A stretch of 36,638 nucleotides of DNA from an uncultured Bacteroidia bacterium. GTDB lineage: Bacteria; Bacteroidota; Bacteroidia; Bacteroidales; UBA932. Shown one piece after another: positions 19,068-26,245 of this stretch. Positions within the stretch are counted from its first letter, which is position 1. Every line of letters begins with the position of its first letter. The translations under genes were made by a program, and so were the position numbers. A model generated the notes under the pieces. It saw nothing but the letters and a program-made list of their open reading frames with translations. It ran no database searches and was not told where the DNA came from. The stretch spans positions 1-36,638 of the forward strand of contig CADBMK010000169.1 of NCBI GenBank assembly GCA_902795785.1. The letters run 5' to 3'.

Positions 19068-20018
19068 ATGAAAAAAGGCGAATTTGAACTGATAGACACC
19101 ATACGGGAAATGTTTCCCGTACCGGAAGGATCGCTCGGAATCGGAGACGACTGCGCAGTCATCCCCCAGAAAGGCGGGATGGATACCCTTGTATCCACTG
19201 ATATGCTAATAGAAGGCAGTCACTTCCTTCTAAGCGACGTAAGTGCCGAGGACCTGGGCTGGAAAAGCGCAGCGGTGAATATCAGTGACATCGCAGGAAT
19301 GGGTGGAAGACCTGTAGCCACCTTTCTTTCCTTCGCCATTCCACGTGGTACGGACGACTCTTTCATAGACGGATTTATGAAAGGATACAGGGAGATATCC
19401 TCCAAATACGGGATTCCCCTTCTGGGAGGAGACACGGTGGCCTCGGACAACACGATGTGCATAAATGTGGCGATTCTTGGAGAAGCCCCTGCAGGAAAGG
19501 CCAGACTTCGCAGCATGGCCGATACTGGTGACACGATCTATGTATCCGGTCCTTTAGGAGATTCAGGCGCCGGACTTAAAGTAATACTTGAAGGAATTGA
19601 AAGGGGTGCAACCGAAAATGCCCTGGTGCACAGGCACTATCGTCCCGAGCCAAGGGTAGAACTTGGGATGAAGCTTTCCGGGATTGACGGCGTACACGCG
19701 ATGATGGACATTTCCGACGGAGTTGCATCAGACCTTGAACACATTCTTGCCGCTTCCGGAGTATCCGCCGAGATCGATGTCAGGAAACTGCCTCTTTCAG
19801 AAGACCTGAAAAAAGCCTGCGGCCTTCACGGCTGGGACGCCGTACGTCTTGCCCTGGAAGGCGGCGAGGACTACGAGCTTCTTATCACGGCCGACCCTTC
19901 CCTCGATCTATCCCCTTTCGGCCTCACCTCAATAGGCAGAATTAAAGAAAAGGGCGCCGAACCCATCAATTGGATTGGCACCACTTCTATGGATTATAAA
20001 GGTTATCACCAGTTCTAG
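19068..20018 (+). CDS. thiL: Thiamine-monophosphate kinase
   Basis: GEFELI, GIGDDCA, STDMLIEGSHF, AVNISDIAGMGG, GGDT, MMDISDG, GGEDYEL. Confidence 0.96.
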   Translation: MKKGEFELIDTIREMFPVPEGSLGIGDDCAVIPQKGGMDTLVSTDMLIEGSHFLLSDVSAEDLGWKSAAVNISDIAGMGGRPVATFLSFAIPRGTDDSFIDGFMKGYREISSKYGIPLLGGDTVASDNTMCINVAILGEAPAGKARLRSMADTGDTIYVSGPLGDSGAGLKVILEGIERGATENALVHRHYRPEPRVELGMKLSGIDGVHAMMDISDGVASDLEHILAASGVSAEIDVRKLPLSEDLKKACGLHGWDAVRLALEGGEDYELLITADPSLDLSPFGLTSIGRIKEKGAEPINWIGTTSMDYKGYHQF

Positions 20019-20506
20019 TCCTGAGGGTTGATGATCATGAACGGCGGGTCATGCCTTTCATGGCCGTCCAGCCATTTTTTGATTTCAGCCTTCCTGGTAC
20101 GGCTTACCATTATTTCAGGAGCATCCTTTCCCTTTAGGATCAGACGTCCCTTACCGTTGATGTCATTTTCCAGACTGAGAATCTGAATCTTAGGCACAAG
20201 GTACTTTCTGTTGGCCCTTGTGAAGAGTACAGGATTCAACTCGTTCTCAATATATTCCAGCGTCATGTCAAGAACATAGGAAGCCCCGTCCACAAGACAC
20301 ACGTGGGTACATTTACTGTCCGAGAAAACATATCTGATATCCTCCACAGGAACGATCTTGTCACCGAGAGTGGACTTGACAAGGAAACGGTCACGGTAAA
20401 ACCCGCCGCCGATGATGTTGCGGCGAAGCAACTGGCGGGTCAGTTCCTCATTCTGAGCCTCCAGCTGTTCTATTCTTCTGAGTGCCTGTTCAAGTTCCTT
20501 GTCCAC
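20015..20506 (-). CDS. LytTR-family DNA-binding protein without a receiver domain
   Basis: GTG start 2 nt after the upstream stop. LytTR motifs RFLVK...IRY, LE..L.P..F.RANRKYLV, VSR. About 30-aa N-terminal coiled coil. Confidence 0.88.
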   Translation of the reverse strand: MDKELEQALRRIEQLEAQNEELTRQLLRRNIIGGGFYRDRFLVKSTLGDKIVPVEDIRYVFSDSKCTHVCLVDGASYVLDMTLEYIENELNPVLFTRANRKYLVPKIQILSLENDINGKGRLILKGKDAPEIMVSRTRKAEIKKWLDGHERHDPPFMIINPQD

Positions 20507-20508
20507 TG

Positions 20509-22146
20509 CTAAACGATTTGGAAGAATCCGTTCTTAAGGTCATTTTCAGCAATCATCTTCATCATGTAATGAAGTTTCTTGCCGGTGGCGTTAACAGGAA
20601 GTTCTCCCACAAAGCGGTAATACCTCGGACGCTTGAAGTTGGCGATATCCGGGCTGTCCTTGCAGAACTGGTCAAGTTCCTCGGCAGTAAGGCTCTCGTC
20701 AGCCTTGACCACATAGGCGGTTACAATCTGCCCGCGAATCTTGTCAGGAGCCGAGGTTACGATACAGTCGCGAACCTTTGGATTAGTATTCAGAACCTCC
20801 TCAATCTGAACTGGATAGATATTCTCACCTGAAGAGATTATCATATCATCCTTCCTGCCTACGATGGTAACGAACTGATTCTCGTCCCACGTTCCGAGGT
20901 CATTGGTATAGAGGAAACCCTTGTAGTATTTCTTTTCGGTTTCTTCAGGAAGTCCGTAATATGAATAAGGAGACTTGGCCGGGGACTTGATGATTACTTC
21001 TCCGACTTCACTGCCGTCGGTTGCGGCAAGATCGTCCGGTTCGGCCCTGTGGTCGTCATATACCTTAACTACGCGCACGTCGTCATCCACGCAGGATGCA
21101 CCGGCGGTGCCTGCGCCGGCCGGCAGGTCGAACGGACGCAGGAAGGTGTTCCAGAATGATTCAGTGGTACCGTAGCCGTTGAATATGTTCGGTGTGAGCA
21201 CATTCTGGTAACGGATGCAGGCCGATCTTTCAAGAGGGCTGCCCATTGTGACAATGCCACGGAGAGACTTAAGGTCATAGTCCTTCTTCTCCTGTTCATC
21301 GGCCAGGGCTTCGAGGACGGTAGGGACACCGATTACAAAGGTGATACCGTATTTCTGAAGGTACTGAAGGGTCTTCTCCGCGCTGAATTTACCCATTATG
21401 ACCAGGCAGGCCCCGGCATAGAATGTCGGGCAAGGACCGGCACAATGGAGACCGCCTCTATGGAACCAAGGGGTGGTATTGATTGTGACGTCCTTATAGC
21501 TCATCGGGAAATGGATCATAACGTCGTGAGCTGACAGGACCTCATTTATGCTGGTAATAGGTACGCCCTTCTGCCTTCCGGTTGTTCCGGAGGTATAAAG
21601 ACGGACAGTCTCGTCATAGATGTTATAATCTTCACAGGTCTGGGGTTCAGAAGTGGAAGCATCCTTAACATATTCTTCATATGATACCGCGTTTTCGTTT
21701 GACGTTACGCCCGTTACGACAAGTCTGAGAGGCTTCCATTCGGCCATTTCCAGAGCCTGTTTAACCACATCTTCCCTGTCGGGGTCGTAAATGAGAACCT
21801 TTGGTTTTGAGTCATCGAGGGCCTGGGCCATCTCTCCGGCCGAAAGCCTGAAGCTGACCGGACTGCCGGCTGCGTGAAGCTTGTGACACGCGATGTATGC
21901 GAAGACAAACTCCGGACAGTTGAGCATCTGGAACATCACCACATCTCCCCTGCCGACGCCGTCCTTCATAAGTGTACCAGCGAGCCTGTTCACGTCCGCA
22001 TTAAGTTCCGAATAAGTCCAGGTCATGTCCTTAACCGGATAAATCATGGCGTTTCTTGAAGAATACCTGCGCACGTTGCGCATGAATCCTTCAATCCACG
22101 TATACTGACTTTCAAAGATTTGTCTGATTCTGTCTCTATTGTCCAT
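20509..22146 (-). CDS. AMP-binding acyl-CoA synthetase (class I adenylate-forming enzyme)
   Basis: LYTSGTTGRQKG P-loop, GYGTTE, TNDLG, GRKDDMIISSGENIYPVQIE, LPVNATGK. Confidence 0.93.
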   Translation of the reverse strand: MDNRDRIRQIFESQYTWIEGFMRNVRRYSSRNAMIYPVKDMTWTYSELNADVNRLAGTLMKDGVGRGDVVMFQMLNCPEFVFAYIACHKLHAAGSPVSFRLSAGEMAQALDDSKPKVLIYDPDREDVVKQALEMAEWKPLRLVVTGVTSNENAVSYEEYVKDASTSEPQTCEDYNIYDETVRLYTSGTTGRQKGVPITSINEVLSAHDVMIHFPMSYKDVTINTTPWFHRGGLHCAGPCPTFYAGACLVIMGKFSAEKTLQYLQKYGITFVIGVPTVLEALADEQEKKDYDLKSLRGIVTMGSPLERSACIRYQNVLTPNIFNGYGTTESFWNTFLRPFDLPAGAGTAGASCVDDDVRVVKVYDDHRAEPDDLAATDGSEVGEVIIKSPAKSPYSYYGLPEETEKKYYKGFLYTNDLGTWDENQFVTIVGRKDDMIISSGENIYPVQIEEVLNTNPKVRDCIVTSAPDKIRGQIVTAYVVKADESLTAEELDQFCKDSPDIANFKRPRYYRFVGELPVNATGKKLHYMMKMIAENDLKNGFFQIV

Positions 22147-22166
22147 ATTCTGCCTGTTTTATGAAC

Positions 22167-23216
22167 CTACTCAGGAAGATGAATAGTCTTGTACTTGCGC
22201 TGGCGTTTCTCCCAACGCTCACGGGCATACTGCTGAAGGTCTGCGACAGAATCATTCTCGTCCACGATCTCCATACCCATAATAGTCTCTATTATATCTT
22301 CAAGAGTGATGATTCCCTGAAAGGAACCGTACTCATCAATTATAATTCCGATCTGGCTCTTGGTCATAAGGAGCGACTCCCATATATCGCTGACGGACAT
22401 CTCCTCGTTAAACATCCTGATATCCCTTTTGAGGGTGCTGATAGGCGAATCGAAATTGTCGTCGGCAAGATTCTCCAGGACGTCATACCGCATGACATAG
22501 CCCGTTATGTTCTCCGGATTGCCGGAATAAACGGGGATACGGGAATAATGGGAAAGCTGATCGTTCTTGTAGAACTCCTTCATCGTCATGCTGTCCTTTG
22601 CAGTGGCGGCCACCGTCCGGGGCGTCATGACATCGTACGCCTTGATACCTTCAAGCTTGATGATGTTCTGGATGACCTTGTTCTCACCCTTGTCGATGAC
22701 TCCTTCCTCTTCACCCATATTGGCCATTGCCGAAACTTCCTCGCGGCTGACGGCGGCCTCGCCCTCCTCGCTGGTGAACTTTCGGCTCACATATCGGATA
22801 AGGGCGACGAACGGATACATCAGAACGACAAGCGCCCTGATTATATGCGCAAGGAACGTGAGCTTTTTCCAATGCGACGTTCCTATCGTCTTTGGAATGA
22901 TTTCAGAAAAGACAAGGATAAGCACCGTCATGATGGCGGAAACGAAACCGAACCACTCGCTTCCGAAAAGGATGGTGGTCTGACGTCCAACTCCTGCCGC
23001 TCCTATGGTGTTTGCGATGGTGTTAAGGGAAAGAATGGCAGCTATCGGATCATCGATGTTCTCCTTAAGCCTGCCGAAAAGGCGTGCGCTCCTGTCCCCT
23101 TCCTCTTCCTTCATCGATATAAACGACAAAGGAGTCGACATCAATACCGACTCAAGCAGAGAGCAAAGGAACGATATGGCTAAGGCGCCGAATAAAAACA
23201 ATAATAGCAGTCCCAT
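22167..23216 (-). CDS. CNNM/CorB (DUF21 + CBS pair) membrane protein, HlyC/CorC family
   Basis: SFLCSLLES, ILSLNTIANTIG, FSEIIPK, VMTPR, SRIPVY, DEYGSFQGIITLEDIIE. Confidence 0.92.
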   Translation of the reverse strand: MGLLLLFLFGALAISFLCSLLESVLMSTPLSFISMKEEEGDRSARLFGRLKENIDDPIAAILSLNTIANTIGAAGVGRQTTILFGSEWFGFVSAIMTVLILVFSEIIPKTIGTSHWKKLTFLAHIIRALVVLMYPFVALIRYVSRKFTSEEGEAAVSREEVSAMANMGEEEGVIDKGENKVIQNIIKLEGIKAYDVMTPRTVAATAKDSMTMKEFYKNDQLSHYSRIPVYSGNPENITGYVMRYDVLENLADDNFDSPISTLKRDIRMFNEEMSVSDIWESLLMTKSQIGIIIDEYGSFQGIITLEDIIETIMGMEIVDENDSVADLQQYARERWEKRQRKYKTIHLPE

Positions 23217-23225
23217 AACAGAACT

Positions 23226-23984
23226 CTAATATAGCAATATTTCGTACATCCTAGGCCAACACTTTCCCGTAATTAAAATCTTTCCCGACCTTTCGTCATA
23301 AGCGATACCGTTCAGGACGTCCGTGTCCCTGTCACGGAGTTTGTCAGGCAGCAGGCCGGTACAATCCACGGTAGCCTCAACAACCCCCGTTTCAGGATTG
23401 ATAATGAGTATCATGTCAGTCAGATAGACATTAGCCCATATCTTCCCTTTAATATACTCCAGTTCGTTAAGCAGCCGGATAGGACGGCCGTTAAGCTTGA
23501 CCTGGATGGTCTTGCTCACTTTAAGGTCCTTATCCATAAAGTATATGTTCGACGAACCGTCGCTGGCGATGAGTTTCTTTCCGTCCGTGGTAAGTCCCCA
23601 CCCCTCCCTCGGATATGAAAAAGACTTCTCATATTTGAGAGTGGCCGCATCATAGACAAAAACCACCTTTTCCTGCCAGGTGAGTATGAAGAGTTTTCCG
23701 TCGAGGACGCAGGAGCCCTCGACGAAATACCTTTTATTAAAATCCAGTTTTCTCAGGGCCTTTCCAGTATTCAGGTCAACCTTGCGGAAAGTGGAATTGC
23801 CATATTGTCCCGTACTCTCATAAAGATCCCCGTCAAGAAAATACAGGCCCTGAGTATAGGAACTGCGGTCGTGAGGATATTCCTTAACGACCTTTACCTT
23901 GTATTTTCCGACAGAAGGGCCGGCCGCGTTCACGCAGGAAAGCGGAAGGACGGCCAGCATGAGAAGTACGAATAATCTATGCAT
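23226..23984 (-). CDS. Type I (beta-propeller) glutaminyl-peptide cyclotransferase, lipoprotein
   Basis: PHDRSSYTQGL, ESTGQYG, EGWGLT, SDGS, LNELE, VLNGIAYD, TGKCWP; lipobox PLS|C. Confidence 0.92.
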   Translation of the reverse strand: MHRLFVLLMLAVLPLSCVNAAGPSVGKYKVKVVKEYPHDRSSYTQGLYFLDGDLYESTGQYGNSTFRKVDLNTGKALRKLDFNKRYFVEGSCVLDGKLFILTWQEKVVFVYDAATLKYEKSFSYPREGWGLTTDGKKLIASDGSSNIYFMDKDLKVSKTIQVKLNGRPIRLLNELEYIKGKIWANVYLTDMILIINPETGVVEATVDCTGLLPDKLRDRDTDVLNGIAYDERSGKILITGKCWPRMYEILLY

Positions 23985-25590
23985 TGTTACGATGTTTTTT
24001 TGCTTCTTCTATGAAAGATACAAAAATCGGCTGAGGATTCTCAGGCGTACTCTTGAGTTCCGGATGGAACTGGGTTCCGATGAAGAACGGATGTGAAGGA
24101 ATCTCGACGATTTCCACGAGGCCGGTATCCGGATTCTTTCCTGAAGCGTGCATGCCTGCCGCTTCGAACTCCTCAAGGTATGAGCCGTTGAATTCATAGC
24201 GGTGACGGTGACGCTCGGAAATCACTTCCTTTCCATATATCCTGTATGCGAGGGAGTTCTTGTCAAGTTTGCACTCGTATGCGCCAAGACGCATCGTTCC
24301 TCCCTTTATCGTAGTACTCTTCTGATCCGCCATAAGGTCGATGACAGGGTGCTGGGTGAGCATATTCACCTCTGCCGAGCAGGCATCCTTATATCCAAGG
24401 ACATCACGGGCGAATTCCACGACGCACATCTGCATGCCCAGACAGATTCCGAAGAACGGAACGCCGTGCTCCCTGGCATATCTGACGGCGAGAATCTTTC
24501 CTTCCAGACCTCTTTCTCCGAATCCCGGAGCGACGAGGATTCCATCCATATGGCCGAGTGTTTCCTCAAGGTTGTTCTCATCGAGATACTCGCTGTGTAC
24601 TGTATGTACGTTTACCTTGCATTCATTGGCGGCGCCGGCGTGTACGAAGGATTCAAGAATTGACTTGTATGCATCCTGAAGTTCCACATACTTTCCGACG
24701 AGAGCCACGTCCACCTCGCTCTTCGGGTGATAGAGCTTGTCCAGGAAAGCCTGGAGCGCAGAAAGATCCGGCTCAGGCCTGCACTCAAGTTTCATATGCT
24801 CAATCACCATGTTGTCAAGACCTTCAGCGTGCATATTGAAAGGGACCTGATAGATGCTTGGCGCATCAATGCTCTGGATTACATAGCCGGGCTTTACATT
24901 ACAGAAGAGAGCCACCTTACGCCTGATATCGGCGGAAAGATTCTTTTCCGTACGGCAGACAATGATATCAGGATGTACTCCAGCCTGCTGGAGCATCTGG
25001 ACAGAATGCTGTGTAGGTTTTGTCTTAAGCTCGTTTGCAGCCCTGAGAAGAGGGACAAGGGTAAGATGGATTGACATCAGGTCCTCTTCCGGCATTTCCC
25101 ACTGAAGCTGACGGATGGCCTCGAGGAACGGCTGAGACTCCATATCTCCTACCGTACCTCCAACCTCGGTGATGATGACATCGAAATTGCCCGTTTTACC
25201 AAGAAGAAGCATACGCCTCTTGATCTCGTCAGTAATATGAGGAATAATCTGTACGGTTTTGCCAAGGTACGCGCCTTCCCTTTCCTTCGTAATTACGGTA
25301 TGATAAATCTTACCGGTAGTTACGTTATTGGCCTTGCTCATATGAACTCCCAGGAAACGCTCGTAATGTCCAAGGTCGAGGTCGGTCTCTGCGCCGTCGT
25401 CAGTGACATAGCACTCTCCGTGCTCATAAGGATTGAGGGTTCCCGGATCCACATTGATATATGGGTCGAATTTCTGGATTGTCACCCGGAGTCCACGGGC
25501 CTGAAGGAGTTTGGCGAGAGATGCGGCAATAATGCCTTTGCCCAGAGAAGAGGCAACGCCACCTGTAACGAAAACGTACTTTGTATTCAT
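23977..25590 (-). CDS. pyrG: CTP synthase
   Basis: TKYVFVTGGVASSLGKG, DPYINVDPG, KTKPTQHSV, GICLGMQ, QFHPE; start at ATG 25590. Confidence 0.98.
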   Translation of the reverse strand: MNTKYVFVTGGVASSLGKGIIAASLAKLLQARGLRVTIQKFDPYINVDPGTLNPYEHGECYVTDDGAETDLDLGHYERFLGVHMSKANNVTTGKIYHTVITKEREGAYLGKTVQIIPHITDEIKRRMLLLGKTGNFDVIITEVGGTVGDMESQPFLEAIRQLQWEMPEEDLMSIHLTLVPLLRAANELKTKPTQHSVQMLQQAGVHPDIIVCRTEKNLSADIRRKVALFCNVKPGYVIQSIDAPSIYQVPFNMHAEGLDNMVIEHMKLECRPEPDLSALQAFLDKLYHPKSEVDVALVGKYVELQDAYKSILESFVHAGAANECKVNVHTVHSEYLDENNLEETLGHMDGILVAPGFGERGLEGKILAVRYAREHGVPFFGICLGMQMCVVEFARDVLGYKDACSAEVNMLTQHPVIDLMADQKSTTIKGGTMRLGAYECKLDKNSLAYRIYGKEVISERHRHRYEFNGSYLEEFEAAGMHASGKNPDTGLVEIVEIPSHPFFIGTQFHPELKSTPENPQPIFVSFIEEAKKHRNNA

Positions 25591-25614
25591 AATCAAAATT
25601 TCTTTACAGGGATA

Positions 25615-25666
25615 CAAAGTTAAGTTTTTCTAAAGGAAACAATCAAATTTATTTTCACTAAATTTG
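25615..25666. promoter_or_regulatory. Divergent -7 boxes for the pyrG operon (-) and rnpB (+)
   Basis: TAACTTTG on the minus strand (25615-25622); TAAATTTG on the plus strand (25659-25666). Confidence 0.6.
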
Positions 25667-25696
25667 CATCCGAAAACACTGACAATATTGAAATTT

Positions 25697-26011
25697 AGGC
25701 GGGACGATCTGCCGCGCCGGTCTTTATGGCTGGTGAGGAAAGTCCGGACAGGAAAGGGCACCCGGCTGAGGAAAGCTCAGATAGGAGTAATCTTATTGTC
25801 ACCGTAACAGAAAATTACCGCTGCCTGCAGTAAGGGTGAAAACGTGAGGCAAGAGCTCACGACGTCCGGCAGCGATGTCGGACGGGTACGGTGCACGGGC
25901 CTGCAAGACCAAATATACTGACAGTTGAGGGCTGCCCGCCTGATGTCAGGGGGTAGGTTGCGATAGATAAATGGCAGATTTAAAAACAGAAACCGGCTTA
26001 CGGCCCCGCCT
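25697..26011 (+). ncRNA. rnpB: RNase P RNA (bacterial class A)
   Basis: Universal GAGGAAAGTCC near the 5' end and ACAGAAACCGGCTTA near the 3' end; AGGGTGAAA and GCAAGACCAAAT. P1 AGGCGGG/CCCGCCT is followed by a T-run. Confidence 0.95.
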
Positions 26012-26030
26012 TTTTTTTTACCAGATATGC

Positions 26031-26061
26031 ATTGAACTGCAAACATTTTTATTTATGTTTG
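26031..26061 (+). promoter_or_regulatory. Promoter downstream of rnpB driving a short unit
   Basis: ATTG (26031-26034), N19, TATGTTTG (26054-26061). Confidence 0.6.
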
Positions 26062-26066
26062 CACTA

Positions 26067-26169
26067 TTAGAAAGATAAGCGCCGGGCTTACTCCGGCAGA
26101 TTAATGACACCAAAACACAAAACCAATTCTAAATGCGCTATTTCGAAAGAAATATCGCATTTATTTTTT
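26067..26169 (+). ncRNA. Candidate small RNA (or attenuated leader) between rnpB and glpA
   Basis: Promoter, then GCCGGG-CTTAC-TCCGGC hairpin, C/A-rich linker and terminator with T6. Confidence 0.55.
26130..26169 (+). terminator. Intrinsic terminator
   Basis: TAAATGCG-C-TATTTC-GAAA-GAAATA-T-CGCATTTA then TTTTTT. Confidence 0.8.
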
Positions 26170-26192
26170 GCACTATTTTCCCAAAAGAAAAG

Positions 26193-26200
26193 TAACTTTG
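26193..26200 (+). promoter_or_regulatory. -7 promoter box of glpABC
   Basis: TAACTTTG 45 nt upstream of the glpA ATG; TTTG at 26167-26170 (22-nt spacer). Confidence 0.6.
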
Positions 26201-26245
26201 TGACCGGTAACACAAAACATTAACTTTCTAAACTCTATTAAATTA

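Noticed and set aside
22161-23183. 340-aa plus-strand ORF
   Set aside because: It is an antisense shadow of the well-supported CNNM gene, has no recognisable motifs, and has no obvious promoter box of its own.
25777-26046. 89-aa minus-strand ORF
   Set aside because: It overlaps the RNase P RNA gene almost entirely.
26082-26091. CCGGGCTTAC resembling the rnpB 3' conserved CCGGCTTAC, suggesting a partial rnpB duplication
   Set aside because: The match is short, imperfect and does not extend on either side.
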